From Candidatus Poribacteria bacterium (GTDB lineage: Bacteria; Poribacteria; WGA-4E; WGA-3G): a DNA stretch of 64,000 nucleotides. Under the pieces are notes generated by a model. The model was not told the origin of the DNA. It was given only the letters and a program-made list of their open reading frames with translations, and ran no database searches. This document shows positions 30,995 to 40,353 of this stretch, piece after piece. Made by a program: the position numbers and the translations under genes. The stretch is taken from assembly GCA_965197475.1 (NCBI GenBank), contig CBDANF010000003.1:3168001-3232000 (forward strand). The letters are read 5' to 3'. Position 1 is the first letter of the stretch, and each line of letters starts with the position of its first letter.

Positions 30995-31057
30995 AATATA
31001 TTAAGTGGTATAATAAAACCACAATAATGCGTTCAAAAGAACCGAGTATCAGAAAAA

Positions 31058-31747
31058 ATGAAAATCTCGTATGTATATATTGCTACTACAGTTATTGGCG
31101 CAATTGTTGTTTTCTGTGTTCGCCTTATCAGAAAAACTAAGGAAATCAATAAACACCCCATGATGCGTTTACTTCATTGCATGCGTAAGATAATCAAAGA
31201 AGTAGAGGGCATATCAGACCGTGATATGGACGCATATATACATATTGTCCTATACAGTTTAGACCGTATAATCTCCCGAACAGAAAATAGGAGATCCTGG
31301 ACTCGGCGTTCTGCAAGAAAGCAAGAAGCACGGAAAATTGCGGCATTATTACTAAACGACTCAATTATTGACTATTATTCTTTCATAATCAATGACGAGG
31401 AAGCGAAAATGGAAGAGAAAAAGTTTCTTGAAAACCTACCCTACGGCAGATTAAGACTCCTATCAGGACGCGCCGACCCCTATGATTATATAGATGATGA
31501 ATTGCGTATGACCCCTAAACAACACATGGAACGCTTACTTAATAGCGCGCGTGTAATAATCAAAGAAATAGAGAGAATTCCAGAACACCCAGATACGAAA
31601 GAGTATCTGAATCAGGTTTTATATTGGTTAGACCGTATAATACATCGTGCTGAAGAAAGACCTATGACTGATCCTTTTGGCAGAAAGCAAAAAGCACAGA
31701 AAACTGCAGCAATAGCACTCAAACACTTAATTATACAACTGAATTGA
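31058..31747 (+). CDS. Membrane-anchored hypothetical protein with two ~70-aa internal repeats
   Basis: N-terminal TM helix; repeats M.RLL...R.IIKE.E...VLY.LDRII.R.E.R...RKQ.A.K.AA. Confidence 0.6.
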   Translation: MKISYVYIATTVIGAIVVFCVRLIRKTKEINKHPMMRLLHCMRKIIKEVEGISDRDMDAYIHIVLYSLDRIISRTENRRSWTRRSARKQEARKIAALLLNDSIIDYYSFIINDEEAKMEEKKFLENLPYGRLRLLSGRADPYDYIDDELRMTPKQHMERLLNSARVIIKEIERIPEHPDTKEYLNQVLYWLDRIIHRAEERPMTDPFGRKQKAQKTAAIALKHLIIQLN

Positions 31748-31756
31748 ACTAAGCTA

Positions 31757-33223
31757 ATGAAAGTTGAGCAGCTTCACGGTCCCAAAGAAAAAACGCTTCA
31801 GGTTGTTGAACTTGAATACCTTTTACAATGTGATTCCCCAGATGTCTTGTGGCCACACGGCTTACAGAAAGAAGGGAGGATCATCGTTACCCGCGCGCCA
31901 GCAAGGCTTGATATAATGGGTGGTATCGCGGACTACTGCGGCTCAAACGTCTTTGAGATGACGTTAAACCGTGCGGCTGCCGCAGCATGCCAAGCAAGGG
32001 AAGATAGAAACCTCTATGCGCTCACGCTTGAAGCCGATGACCAGTTAAAACCAAGTTTTCAGATGTCGCTTGACGATTTTTACGCTGAAGGTGTTCTCAA
32101 ATCGTATACACAGGTTCGCAATCTATTCAGTGAGGATGAGCGAACAACATGGGCAGGGTACGTACTCGGTTGTTTTTACACACTGCTAAAAGAAGAAAAG
32201 ATTGAAAATTTTCCACACGGTGCGGTAGTTGTTATCAAAAGCGATATTCCGATGGGTGCAGGCATCGCTTCATCTGCAGCGATTGAAGTGGCAACTTTGA
32301 CGGCACTCAATCAACTCTACGATTTAAAATTAGAAGCGATGGAAATTGCACGGCTGGCACAAATTGTAGAAAATAGAATTGTTGGAGCACCTTGCGGTAT
32401 TATGGACCAGGTAACTTCTGTCCTTGGGACGAGGAACAAGATTCTCTCTATTCTGTGCCAACCCGATAAAATCCTTGAATTCGTTGCTTGTCCACCCAAT
32501 GTTAGTTTCATCGGTATCCACACCAAAGTCCCTCGAAGTACAAAAAGCACTGCCTATATTGACACGCGAACCGCAGCATTCATGGGGTTGACGATTTTGA
32601 AAAAAGAACTTGGATGGGAAAAGTTGAAAGACAACTATCTGTGTAACCTGTCTGTCCAAGAATTTCAGGAACATTGTGAACCGCTTTTACCTGAACAGAT
32701 GCAAGGTAGCGAATTTCTAAATAAATATGGTGACATCGTTGATACCGTCACAAAGGTAGAAGCTGAAAAAATTTATGCTGTCAGAGATCGGGTGACGCAT
32801 CCGATTTATGAAAACGCACGGGTTAAGCAATTTATAGAGGCACTAAAAAATGTCAATCAATATCCAGATCGCGCACATATCTATCTCAAAGAGGCAGGTA
32901 ACCTCATGTATGAATCGAATGCAAGTTATCGGGATTTGGCGGGACTCGGCTCTCCCGAAATAGATGGACTTGTCAATATCGCACAAAAAATTGGCGAACA
33001 AGGCGGCATCTACGGTGCTAAAATCACGGGCGGTGGCGGTGGCGGTACGGTCGCTATGCTCTGCTATGGGGATGTCTCCACTTCTTTGACACAAATTCTC
33101 TCTGCCTATAAATTGGCGTGGGGGATTGCAACGACAACCTTTAGTGGTTCAACACCCGGTGCTTGCGAATTCGGTCATTGCGAATGGGAATTGAAAGAGA
33201 ACGAACCGCTGACCCATTTTTAA
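31757..33223 (+). CDS. GHMP-family sugar kinase (galactokinase/L-arabinokinase-like)
   Basis: RAPARLDIMGGIADY, IPMGAGIASSAA, GAPCGIMDQ and GAKITGGGGGG motifs. Confidence 0.88.
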   Translation: MKVEQLHGPKEKTLQVVELEYLLQCDSPDVLWPHGLQKEGRIIVTRAPARLDIMGGIADYCGSNVFEMTLNRAAAAACQAREDRNLYALTLEADDQLKPSFQMSLDDFYAEGVLKSYTQVRNLFSEDERTTWAGYVLGCFYTLLKEEKIENFPHGAVVVIKSDIPMGAGIASSAAIEVATLTALNQLYDLKLEAMEIARLAQIVENRIVGAPCGIMDQVTSVLGTRNKILSILCQPDKILEFVACPPNVSFIGIHTKVPRSTKSTAYIDTRTAAFMGLTILKKELGWEKLKDNYLCNLSVQEFQEHCEPLLPEQMQGSEFLNKYGDIVDTVTKVEAEKIYAVRDRVTHPIYENARVKQFIEALKNVNQYPDRAHIYLKEAGNLMYESNASYRDLAGLGSPEIDGLVNIAQKIGEQGGIYGAKITGGGGGGTVAMLCYGDVSTSLTQILSAYKLAWGIATTTFSGSTPGACEFGHCEWELKENEPLTHF

Positions 33224-33323
33224 CTTCCGAAGAAAAATTGATTGTGACGCATCATAATTTGTACATCTTTTTATCGAGAGGAAAATTTCTTGTGGGACGG
33301 AAACTTTGAAAGCCCGATTTATT

Positions 33324-33413
33324 ATACTAAATTAACGGGATTTGTCCTATTTCCGGACGGTAGGTGCGGTTTCCTAACCGCACCGATAAATTGGAATCAA
33401 GTTAATTTGGTAT
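33324..33413. mobile_element. MITE (ATACYAAATTAAC ends) carrying a GTAG REP hairpin
   Basis: TIR 12/13; cargo GTAGGTGCGGTTTCCTAACCGCACC. Confidence 0.65.
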
Positions 33414-33436
33414 TATATGAATAATGGAAATCAACT

Positions 33437-35398
33437 GTGCAAAACCTGAGCGAACCAAACGAACGTCATGATTTCGGTGTTACTTGGCGTGCTATACTCA
33501 TTGCCATTTTCTTAATCCCACCCAACGTGTTTTGGATCGTTGAAGTTGAGTGCGTATGGCACTCCGGGCATCCAACCACTATCTCCTTGTTCTGGAATGT
33601 TGTTCTCAACATCTTTTTCCTAATCCTGATAAATCTCTGCCTAAAACGAGTAGCACCAGGATATGCATTGAAACAGGGTGAGATGATAACCATATATGCG
33701 ATGCTTTCGATCGCCTCTGGTTTGGCAGGACACGATATGTTGGCTTTAACTATACCCGCACTTCCGCACGCGTTTTGGTTTGCTACTATAGAGAACGATT
33801 GGGCTGGCACATTCCACAGTTATATCCCACAACACCTCGTTGTATCCGACAAAGAAATACTGCGCGGATTTTATGAAGGAGATACGCCGTTTTATAACGC
33901 ACAGATTGGCGGTGCGTGGATAATCCCAACCTTGTGGTGGACATCATTTATACTTGCTCTTGGTGCCATCATGATTTGTCTAAATGTCCTCATTCGTAAA
34001 CAGTGGACTGAAAACGAAAAACTGGCATATCCCATAATCCAACTCCCGATGGCGATTACTGAAGGTGGCGGCAGAGCGCAGCTCTTCCGAAACAGGCTCC
34101 TATGGTATGGATTTATCATCGCTGCGGTACTGAACGTTTGGCACGGGTTAGCGCACTTTTTCCCAATTTTACCCGATTTCAGCGTTCGACATAATGCCCG
34201 GAATTGGGGGACGTTTTTCACCGAAAAACCTTGGAACGCAGTGGGCAATATTCCTGTTCCACTCTACCCCTTTGTAATCGGGTTAGGTTTTCTTTTACCA
34301 CTTGATCTATCTTTCTCGTTATGGTTCTTCTATCTGTTCGAAAAGATTCAACGCGTTTTCGGCAGTGCGGTCGGGTTCCCTGCCCCCTTCCCATATAGCA
34401 GTGAACAGTCCATAGGGGGTTGGATGGCGATTTTTGTCATCGCGCTATTGGTAACGCGCAGACATATTGTCCGAGTCGTCCGAACTATAATGGGGATGAA
34501 GGGAGGTATTGACGATTCAGAGGAACCGATCCGATATCGCACGGCATTCCTATTGATTATCATAGCAAGTCTGTATATTATCTGGTTCTGTATGAAAGCA
34601 GGCATGACGTTACCAATTATCCTTCCCTTCTTCGGATTTTTCTATGCTATCTCAATCGCTATTACACGAGTGCGCGCTGAACTTGGTCCCCCGGCACATG
34701 AGATGGCGGGGATGTGTAATGCACAACAATTCTTAGTTAATATCCTTGGAACACGCCGCATTGGTCCGAACAATCTAACAGTTTTTCCATACTTTTGGTT
34801 TTTCAGTGGACGCGGGTATCGTGAACATATCATGCCGCATCAACTTGAAGCCTTCAAGATGGCAGAACGGGCAAATATGAACACGAAACGTTTAGTATTG
34901 GCAATGTTAATTGCTGTTGTGCTGGGTTCAATCTCAGCATTTTGGGCAACGCTTAGTGAACTTTACCGCCTTGGCGGAGCAATCACTGGGGCAGGGGGTG
35001 GAATAGGTCCATCAGTTGGTCATATCGGTCAATTCGGATGGTTATCCGGTCTTTTCGCTTTTCCGCGCGATCCGAACGTCCCAGCTATGAGTTTCATGGC
35101 AAGCGGTATGGGATTTACCTTTTTACTCATGTTTATGCGGATGCGTTTTATTTGGTGGCCCCTACATCCTGCAGGCTATCCTATTTCCATGACGTACGGG
35201 GTTGGCTATTTTTGGAGTTGTCTCGTAATCAGTACATTCCTTAAGTGGATGGCACTCCGATTTGGCGGACCCAGCACATATCGAAAAATGATTTTCTTCT
35301 TCTTTGGAGTTATTCTCGGTGAATACTGCGTAGGTGCGTTCTGGAGTGTCTTAAGTGTCATTATCCGTGAACCTATCTATGACTTTGCACCGGGCTAA
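33437..35398 (+). CDS. DUF6785/DUF6784-type multi-pass membrane protein (putative transporter)
   Basis: ~15 hydrophobic segments; RKQWTENEKLAYP, RVRAELG, WWPLHPAGY and FFFGVILGE motifs. Confidence 0.75.
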   Translation: MQNLSEPNERHDFGVTWRAILIAIFLIPPNVFWIVEVECVWHSGHPTTISLFWNVVLNIFFLILINLCLKRVAPGYALKQGEMITIYAMLSIASGLAGHDMLALTIPALPHAFWFATIENDWAGTFHSYIPQHLVVSDKEILRGFYEGDTPFYNAQIGGAWIIPTLWWTSFILALGAIMICLNVLIRKQWTENEKLAYPIIQLPMAITEGGGRAQLFRNRLLWYGFIIAAVLNVWHGLAHFFPILPDFSVRHNARNWGTFFTEKPWNAVGNIPVPLYPFVIGLGFLLPLDLSFSLWFFYLFEKIQRVFGSAVGFPAPFPYSSEQSIGGWMAIFVIALLVTRRHIVRVVRTIMGMKGGIDDSEEPIRYRTAFLLIIIASLYIIWFCMKAGMTLPIILPFFGFFYAISIAITRVRAELGPPAHEMAGMCNAQQFLVNILGTRRIGPNNLTVFPYFWFFSGRGYREHIMPHQLEAFKMAERANMNTKRLVLAMLIAVVLGSISAFWATLSELYRLGGAITGAGGGIGPSVGHIGQFGWLSGLFAFPRDPNVPAMSFMASGMGFTFLLMFMRMRFIWWPLHPAGYPISMTYGVGYFWSCLVISTFLKWMALRFGGPSTYRKMIFFFFGVILGEYCVGAFWSVLSVIIREPIYDFAPG

Positions 35399-35400
35399 AA

Positions 35401-36468
35401 ATGATTATGAAAATATCAAAAATCTCTTTCTCTTTACTCATACTATGTCTAATTATCTTACCCTTAATCGCTTTCGCCGCTGATGAAGGGTCGCACGCAG
35501 CTGATTTTCTCAGCCATGGCGTGGGTGCGCGTGCGCTCGGAATGGGAAGCGCATTTGTTGCAATCGCTGACGATGCGACTGCTACCTATTGGAATCCGGC
35601 AGGATTGACGAAAGTCAAAAGACATAGTTTTTCTGCTATGTATTCCGATACCTTTAGTACTGGTGATGGCGGTTTTCTTAGCAAAGGCTTAGTTAACTAC
35701 AATTTCGTTAACTATGTCCATCAGATTGAGGATATCGGTAGCCTCGGTCTGAGCTGGATTCGACTTGGGGTTGACGATATACCGCGCACAACCTTTATTG
35801 ATGTTGATAATAACGGCTTTCTCGGCGATTATCAGGACATAAACGGCAACGGCACTAAAGATGAAGGTGAACCTTACATTGACAGACCCACAGTTGCGGA
35901 GTATTTCAGTAATACAGACAACGCGCTGCTTATCTCCTATGCCCGTCAAATACACTCGATTGCTGCTGTCGGTGGCAACCTTAAACTTCTTAACCAATCT
36001 ATTTTTGAGTACAGTGGAAACGGTTTTGGCATTGACATCGGTTTTATTCTGACACCGTATAAAGGTTTGCGGTTCGGTGCAATGTTGCTTGATGCCACTG
36101 GCACACAAATTCGGTGGGATACAGCAGATAAACCAACATTCACTCGCGGACGAAGACTACGATTTGGCGGAGCATACCAATTTACCTTTCCAAGTTTCGG
36201 CAAAGGCAGCATCGGCGCAGACTTTGAAACTGACCAAGGTGATTTGGAAGAAGGAACTGATACAGAGGGAGGAGTTGTCTTTCGCACTGGGGCAGAATAT
36301 TGGCTCTTCAACACACTTGCTTTGCGCTGCGGTTGGAATGGGCATGGATTTTCTGCTGGAACTGGACTCCAATTGCGTGTTAGCACTATGACGTTTTTTG
36401 TTGATTACGCTTTCAACACGCACACCCTCGGCGGTTCGCAACGTATCTCTGTCTCTGGGCAATTTTAG
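35401..36468 (+). CDS. PorV/PorQ-family outer-membrane beta-barrel (T9SS shuttle-like)
   Basis: Signal peptide; FL..GVGARALGMGSAFVAIADDATATYWNPAGL; C-terminal RISVSGQF. Confidence 0.85.
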   Translation: MIMKISKISFSLLILCLIILPLIAFAADEGSHAADFLSHGVGARALGMGSAFVAIADDATATYWNPAGLTKVKRHSFSAMYSDTFSTGDGGFLSKGLVNYNFVNYVHQIEDIGSLGLSWIRLGVDDIPRTTFIDVDNNGFLGDYQDINGNGTKDEGEPYIDRPTVAEYFSNTDNALLISYARQIHSIAAVGGNLKLLNQSIFEYSGNGFGIDIGFILTPYKGLRFGAMLLDATGTQIRWDTADKPTFTRGRRLRFGGAYQFTFPSFGKGSIGADFETDQGDLEEGTDTEGGVVFRTGAEYWLFNTLALRCGWNGHGFSAGTGLQLRVSTMTFFVDYAFNTHTLGGSQRISVSGQF

Positions 36469-36661
36469 CCGAATTATAGTGTATAATACCATTTCTGAAT
36501 GATGGCATCACATTAACAAAAAACCCGTTTGTAGTCGCGCAATTCATTGCGCCTCTTATATTAGTTGGCAGACGCGCTATCTAAGCGCGCTGATCAAAAT
36601 GTATCGTTAATTGTAAAATCTACTATAATATTTCCTCAATCAGGAAAAGGAGAATTTTATT

Positions 36662-39241
36662 GTGAAAAAAAGTTTGTTTTTTATATTTTTGACACTACTT
36701 TGTGTTTCAACGTTCTATCAACCCAACGTTTTCGCTCAAGATTCGCCGCAATGGCATCTGCCTGAAGGTGCTACAGCGCGTCTCGGCAAAGGCTGGCTAT
36801 ATGAAATTCAGTATTCGCCGGATGGCACACGACTTGCAGCTGCAGGCTGCCTCGGTATTTGGATTTATGACACCGCAACCGATGAAGAAATTACACTATT
36901 GACTGGATATGGATATGCCATTTCTGCACTTTCATATTCCCCTGATGGGAGCATTCTTGCAGGGGGCAGTGCGGATGGGGTCATCCGTTTATGGGATCCT
37001 GTAACAGGTGAAATCCTACAGACACTCGATCGACATTGGGCAAGTATCCGTAGCCTCGTTTTCAGTCCTGATGGGAAAACGCTCGCCAGTGGTAGTAGAG
37101 ACAGAACTATTCGACTGTGGAATCTTGAAACAGGCGAACTGCTACACACCCTAAGAGGACATACAGATGGTATCAACAGTGTTGCTTTCAGTGCTGACGG
37201 AAGCACGATTATCAGTGGTAGTCGAGATGATACGATCAGAATATGGGATGTTGCCACAGGAGAAGAGCTGCAAACACTTAAAGAACATCGAGATAATGTT
37301 GACAGTGTTGTGGTCAGTCCCGATGGTAAAACGCTCGCAAGCGGAGATTTGAACGCGCTTATTCATCTATGGGATACGACAACATGGACGATCAAGGACA
37401 CCCTTATCGGACATACCTCACATATCTATGACATGAAATTTAGTCCCGATGGCAGTATTCTGGCGAGTGCGGGTGAAGATGACACCGTCCGATTGTGGGA
37501 TGCAGCCACAGGCAATCACTTAAACACACTTACCGATCATACCGCTGATGTCTACGGACTTGCTTTCACGCCGGATGGCACCGTGCTCACAAGTGGTGCA
37601 TGGGATGCGTCAATACGTTCATGGGACCCTGTTACAGGTGAACATCTGGAGACTATCACTGGACATACTGATGCTGTTGTGAGCGTCACCTTCAGTGCTG
37701 ATGGTACCATCCTTGCGACTCGGAGTTGGGACAAAACTATCCGCCTCTGGGATGCGGATACGGGTCAACTTCGGCATACCCTCATCGGTCACCAAGATGA
37801 TGTTGACATTGTTGTGTTCAGTCCTGATGGCAGAACACTCGCAAGTGGTAGCCAAGACAACACCGTCCGATTGTGGGACGCACTTACAGGCGAACACATA
37901 AAGACACTCAGAGGACATTATTCTTATCTGATTAGTCTTGCGTTCAGTCCGGATGGTAGCATCTTGGCGAGTGGTAGTGAGGACGACAGCATCCGTTTGT
38001 GGAATGTTGCCACAGGTCGTTACATGGGCGGGTTGTGGGAGCATGAAGCAGGTGTTGAGACACTTGCGTTCAGTCCGGATGGCACTATGCTTGCCAGTGG
38101 TAGTCGTGACGATAAGATTATCTTATGGGACATGGAAACACGCGATGTTATACACACTATCAGCGAACATGAGGATGATGTTTGGGCAGTTGCATTCAGT
38201 CCGGATGGCACCATGCTTGCCAGTGGTGGTGGTGACAAGGTCTCCTTATGGGATGTTCAAACAGCGGATCTTCTTCAGACATTCCGCAGACCGATTGATC
38301 GCGAAATTCCAGTAGGCGCGCCGGAAGAATTGACTGGAGATGTACCCACAGATCTTCCTGCGAATGCTACAAGTATTGTTTTTAGTCCAGATGGTAAAGT
38401 ACTCGTTAGTGGCAGTTACGACGCAACTATCCGCTTGTGGGACATTGCAACTGGAGAGCAGCTTCATACACTTGAAGGTCACACATATTCTATCACTAGT
38501 GTGGCAGTAAGTCCGAATGGAAGCATAATTGCAAGCGGCAGTTTCGATGGAACAGTCCTTTTGTGGGCATTCCCACTCCCGATGAGTTTAAAGCAAGTTC
38601 TCACGGTATTCGCAGATGTGAACAACGACGGTGTACTGAATATATTGGATGTAGTGCTGGTTGCGTCAAGTTTCGGAGAAACTGGGGCCAGTCCCGCAGA
38701 CCTCAACGGTGATGGTATTGTCAATATTTCGGATCTCTATTTGCTTGTGAACGCATTGAGAAATATTGAATCTGCGCCTTCTGTGCAATCGCTTTCAAGA
38801 GAGCAACTTACTGCAGCGCAGGTGCAGGAGTGGTTAACGCTTGCTAAGCAAGTACCGTCACAAATCATCCATACCTCAGAGTCAAATCGACTTTCTTATG
38901 AACGAGGAATTCAGGTGTTGGAACAAATTTTGCAAACATTGGCTCCGCAAGAGACAGCACTGCTTGCTAACTATCCAAATCCGTTCAATCCTGAAACATG
39001 GATACCGTATCAGTTGGCAGCACCTGCCGATGTTAGCATCTCTATCTATGCTGCAGATGGTAGGTTAGTTCGGACGCTTGCATTAGGACATTTATCCGCT
39101 GGCACCTATCAAAGTCGCAGTCGTGCAGCGTATTGGGATGGCAAAAACGCTTTAGGTGAATCTGTTGTGAGTGGCGTGTATTTCTATACGCTTACCACAG
39201 GTGATTTCACTGCAACACGAAAGATGTTGATTCTGAAATAG
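36662..39241 (+). CDS. Secreted WD40-repeat protein with dockerin-like EF-hands and FlgD-Ig/T9SS-like C-terminal domain
   Basis: ~13 GH...FSPDG..LASGS.D.TIRLWD repeats; DVNNDGVLNILD/DLNGDGIVNISD; LLANYPNPFNPETWIPY...AAYWDGKN..GE.V.SGVYFY...TRKMLILK. Confidence 0.92.
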   Translation: MKKSLFFIFLTLLCVSTFYQPNVFAQDSPQWHLPEGATARLGKGWLYEIQYSPDGTRLAAAGCLGIWIYDTATDEEITLLTGYGYAISALSYSPDGSILAGGSADGVIRLWDPVTGEILQTLDRHWASIRSLVFSPDGKTLASGSRDRTIRLWNLETGELLHTLRGHTDGINSVAFSADGSTIISGSRDDTIRIWDVATGEELQTLKEHRDNVDSVVVSPDGKTLASGDLNALIHLWDTTTWTIKDTLIGHTSHIYDMKFSPDGSILASAGEDDTVRLWDAATGNHLNTLTDHTADVYGLAFTPDGTVLTSGAWDASIRSWDPVTGEHLETITGHTDAVVSVTFSADGTILATRSWDKTIRLWDADTGQLRHTLIGHQDDVDIVVFSPDGRTLASGSQDNTVRLWDALTGEHIKTLRGHYSYLISLAFSPDGSILASGSEDDSIRLWNVATGRYMGGLWEHEAGVETLAFSPDGTMLASGSRDDKIILWDMETRDVIHTISEHEDDVWAVAFSPDGTMLASGGGDKVSLWDVQTADLLQTFRRPIDREIPVGAPEELTGDVPTDLPANATSIVFSPDGKVLVSGSYDATIRLWDIATGEQLHTLEGHTYSITSVAVSPNGSIIASGSFDGTVLLWAFPLPMSLKQVLTVFADVNNDGVLNILDVVLVASSFGETGASPADLNGDGIVNISDLYLLVNALRNIESAPSVQSLSREQLTAAQVQEWLTLAKQVPSQIIHTSESNRLSYERGIQVLEQILQTLAPQETALLANYPNPFNPETWIPYQLAAPADVSISIYAADGRLVRTLALGHLSAGTYQSRSRAAYWDGKNALGESVVSGVYFYTLTTGDFTATRKMLILK

Positions 39242-39367
39242 TATCAAATGACCATAGGATAGCTGGAAGGCTGATGTTTATTGGCTTCCCAGCGATCGTT
39301 GATGAGTGGGTTGCGTTGGGATCGCGAGCATCCTCTTTGAGAAATGATGCGTTTAGCGATAAACGTG
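39241..39367 (-). ncRNA. Candidate structured non-coding RNA at the downstream end of the DUF1670 element
   Basis: Directly downstream of a near-consensus promoter; four consecutive stems: CGTTTA/TAAACG, GCATC..CTC/GAG.GATGC, GCGATC/GATCGC (22-nt loop), GGAAG/CTTCC (15-nt loop). Confidence 0.4.
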
Positions 39368-39372
39368 TCTAA

Positions 39373-39401
39373 AGTATAGCAAAACCAGTAGCGGTTGTCA
39401 A
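39373..39401 (-). promoter_or_regulatory. Near-consensus sigma70 promoter inside the DUF1670 element, facing the terminal repeat
   Basis: Minus strand TTGACA (39401-39396) - 17 bp - TATACT (39378-39373). Confidence 0.7.
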
Positions 39402-39468
39402 CCATATTTTCAAGGCACCTGCCCCGGTTTTGCGAAGTAAAGTTCGTCGGGAACATAGGATTAGGGTC

Positions 39469-40353
39469 TCATTGGGCTTCTCCTTGGTGAGTGGCTTCAT
39501 CGTTTGAGTCTGAATTGGCAAGGTCTGCATCTATGGCTTGGAGTTGGTGCTGCGGTATGAGGTCGAGATATTGAGAGATGACGCGTTTAGAAAGTCGTGT
39601 AATCTGTGAGATTTTATCAATATCTGCGGTTGCTTTCCGAACGACTTTGACGCTCTCATAATCGCGAATGTATCGGTCAACTGCCTCCTTAGAGTGTTTG
39701 GTCTTTGCGGCAATCCTGGGGGTGAGATGTCCTTGAAGATAGAGGGTTATGATCTCTTTCTTATGGGTAATAGCCCCCGATAAGTCATGGATATTGCCAC
39801 GGGTGGGCAAGAGTTCTCCAGTGGTTTTTTGCCATTCATTAACATAATCACAGACAACGGCATCGCAGACATTGAGCAAAACTGCCAAGTCGAGTTGTGT
39901 CAATAATGCCCCTTGGTCATAAGCTTGATGACACCAGCGGACCAAGCGATTGATCCGCAATTGCCGGGAGGTGAAACCGTTGCGAAAGGATTCAATATCC
40001 TCTGCGGCGAGGTAAGTCAGGATGACGGGTTTCATGCGGGTTTTGACGATGGACTTTCCTCTTTCTGGATGCTCTTCAATAGGGACGGCCATCCAAACGA
40101 GTTGTCCATAACTCAAGAAACGCTCATCCGGGAGTTGATCGCCGGTGGCGAGTTTCTCCAAAGGAAGGGTAATCACGAAATAGTCTTCAACGGTCTTAAG
40201 AATATCATCAACAATGGCGGTGGCAGTGACTTCGCCTTTGTCATAACCATAGTCATTGAGAAAGCGGTGAATGAGCAACTGTCGTAGGGACTTATCGTTG
40301 ATGCGTCTGAATTTCTTCTCGTTGATTTGCGTGCGGGTTAGAGGTTTGCTCAT
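39469..40353 (-). CDS. DUF1670-like protein (paralog B)
   Basis: QAYDQGALLTQLDLAVLL..., LPTRGNIHDL...THKKEIITLYLQG..., HSKEAVDRYIRDY; ATGA-coupled to the upstream paralog. Confidence 0.8.
   Translation of the reverse strand: MSKPLTRTQINEKKFRRINDKSLRQLLIHRFLNDYGYDKGEVTATAIVDDILKTVEDYFVITLPLEKLATGDQLPDERFLSYGQLVWMAVPIEEHPERGKSIVKTRMKPVILTYLAAEDIESFRNGFTSRQLRINRLVRWCHQAYDQGALLTQLDLAVLLNVCDAVVCDYVNEWQKTTGELLPTRGNIHDLSGAITHKKEIITLYLQGHLTPRIAAKTKHSKEAVDRYIRDYESVKVVRKATADIDKISQITRLSKRVISQYLDLIPQHQLQAIDADLANSDSNDEATHQGEAQ

Noticed and set aside
36900-38570. Near-identical nucleotide repeats within the WD40 gene as a DGR template/variable pair
   Set aside because: Explained by protein repeats; no reverse transcriptase in the window and no adenine-specific variation noticed.
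39244-39456. 70-aa ORF downstream of the DUF1670 pair as a third gene
   Set aside because: No RBS or recognisable motif; it overlaps the consensus promoter and hairpin region, so a non-coding role is more likely, though a peptide is not excluded.
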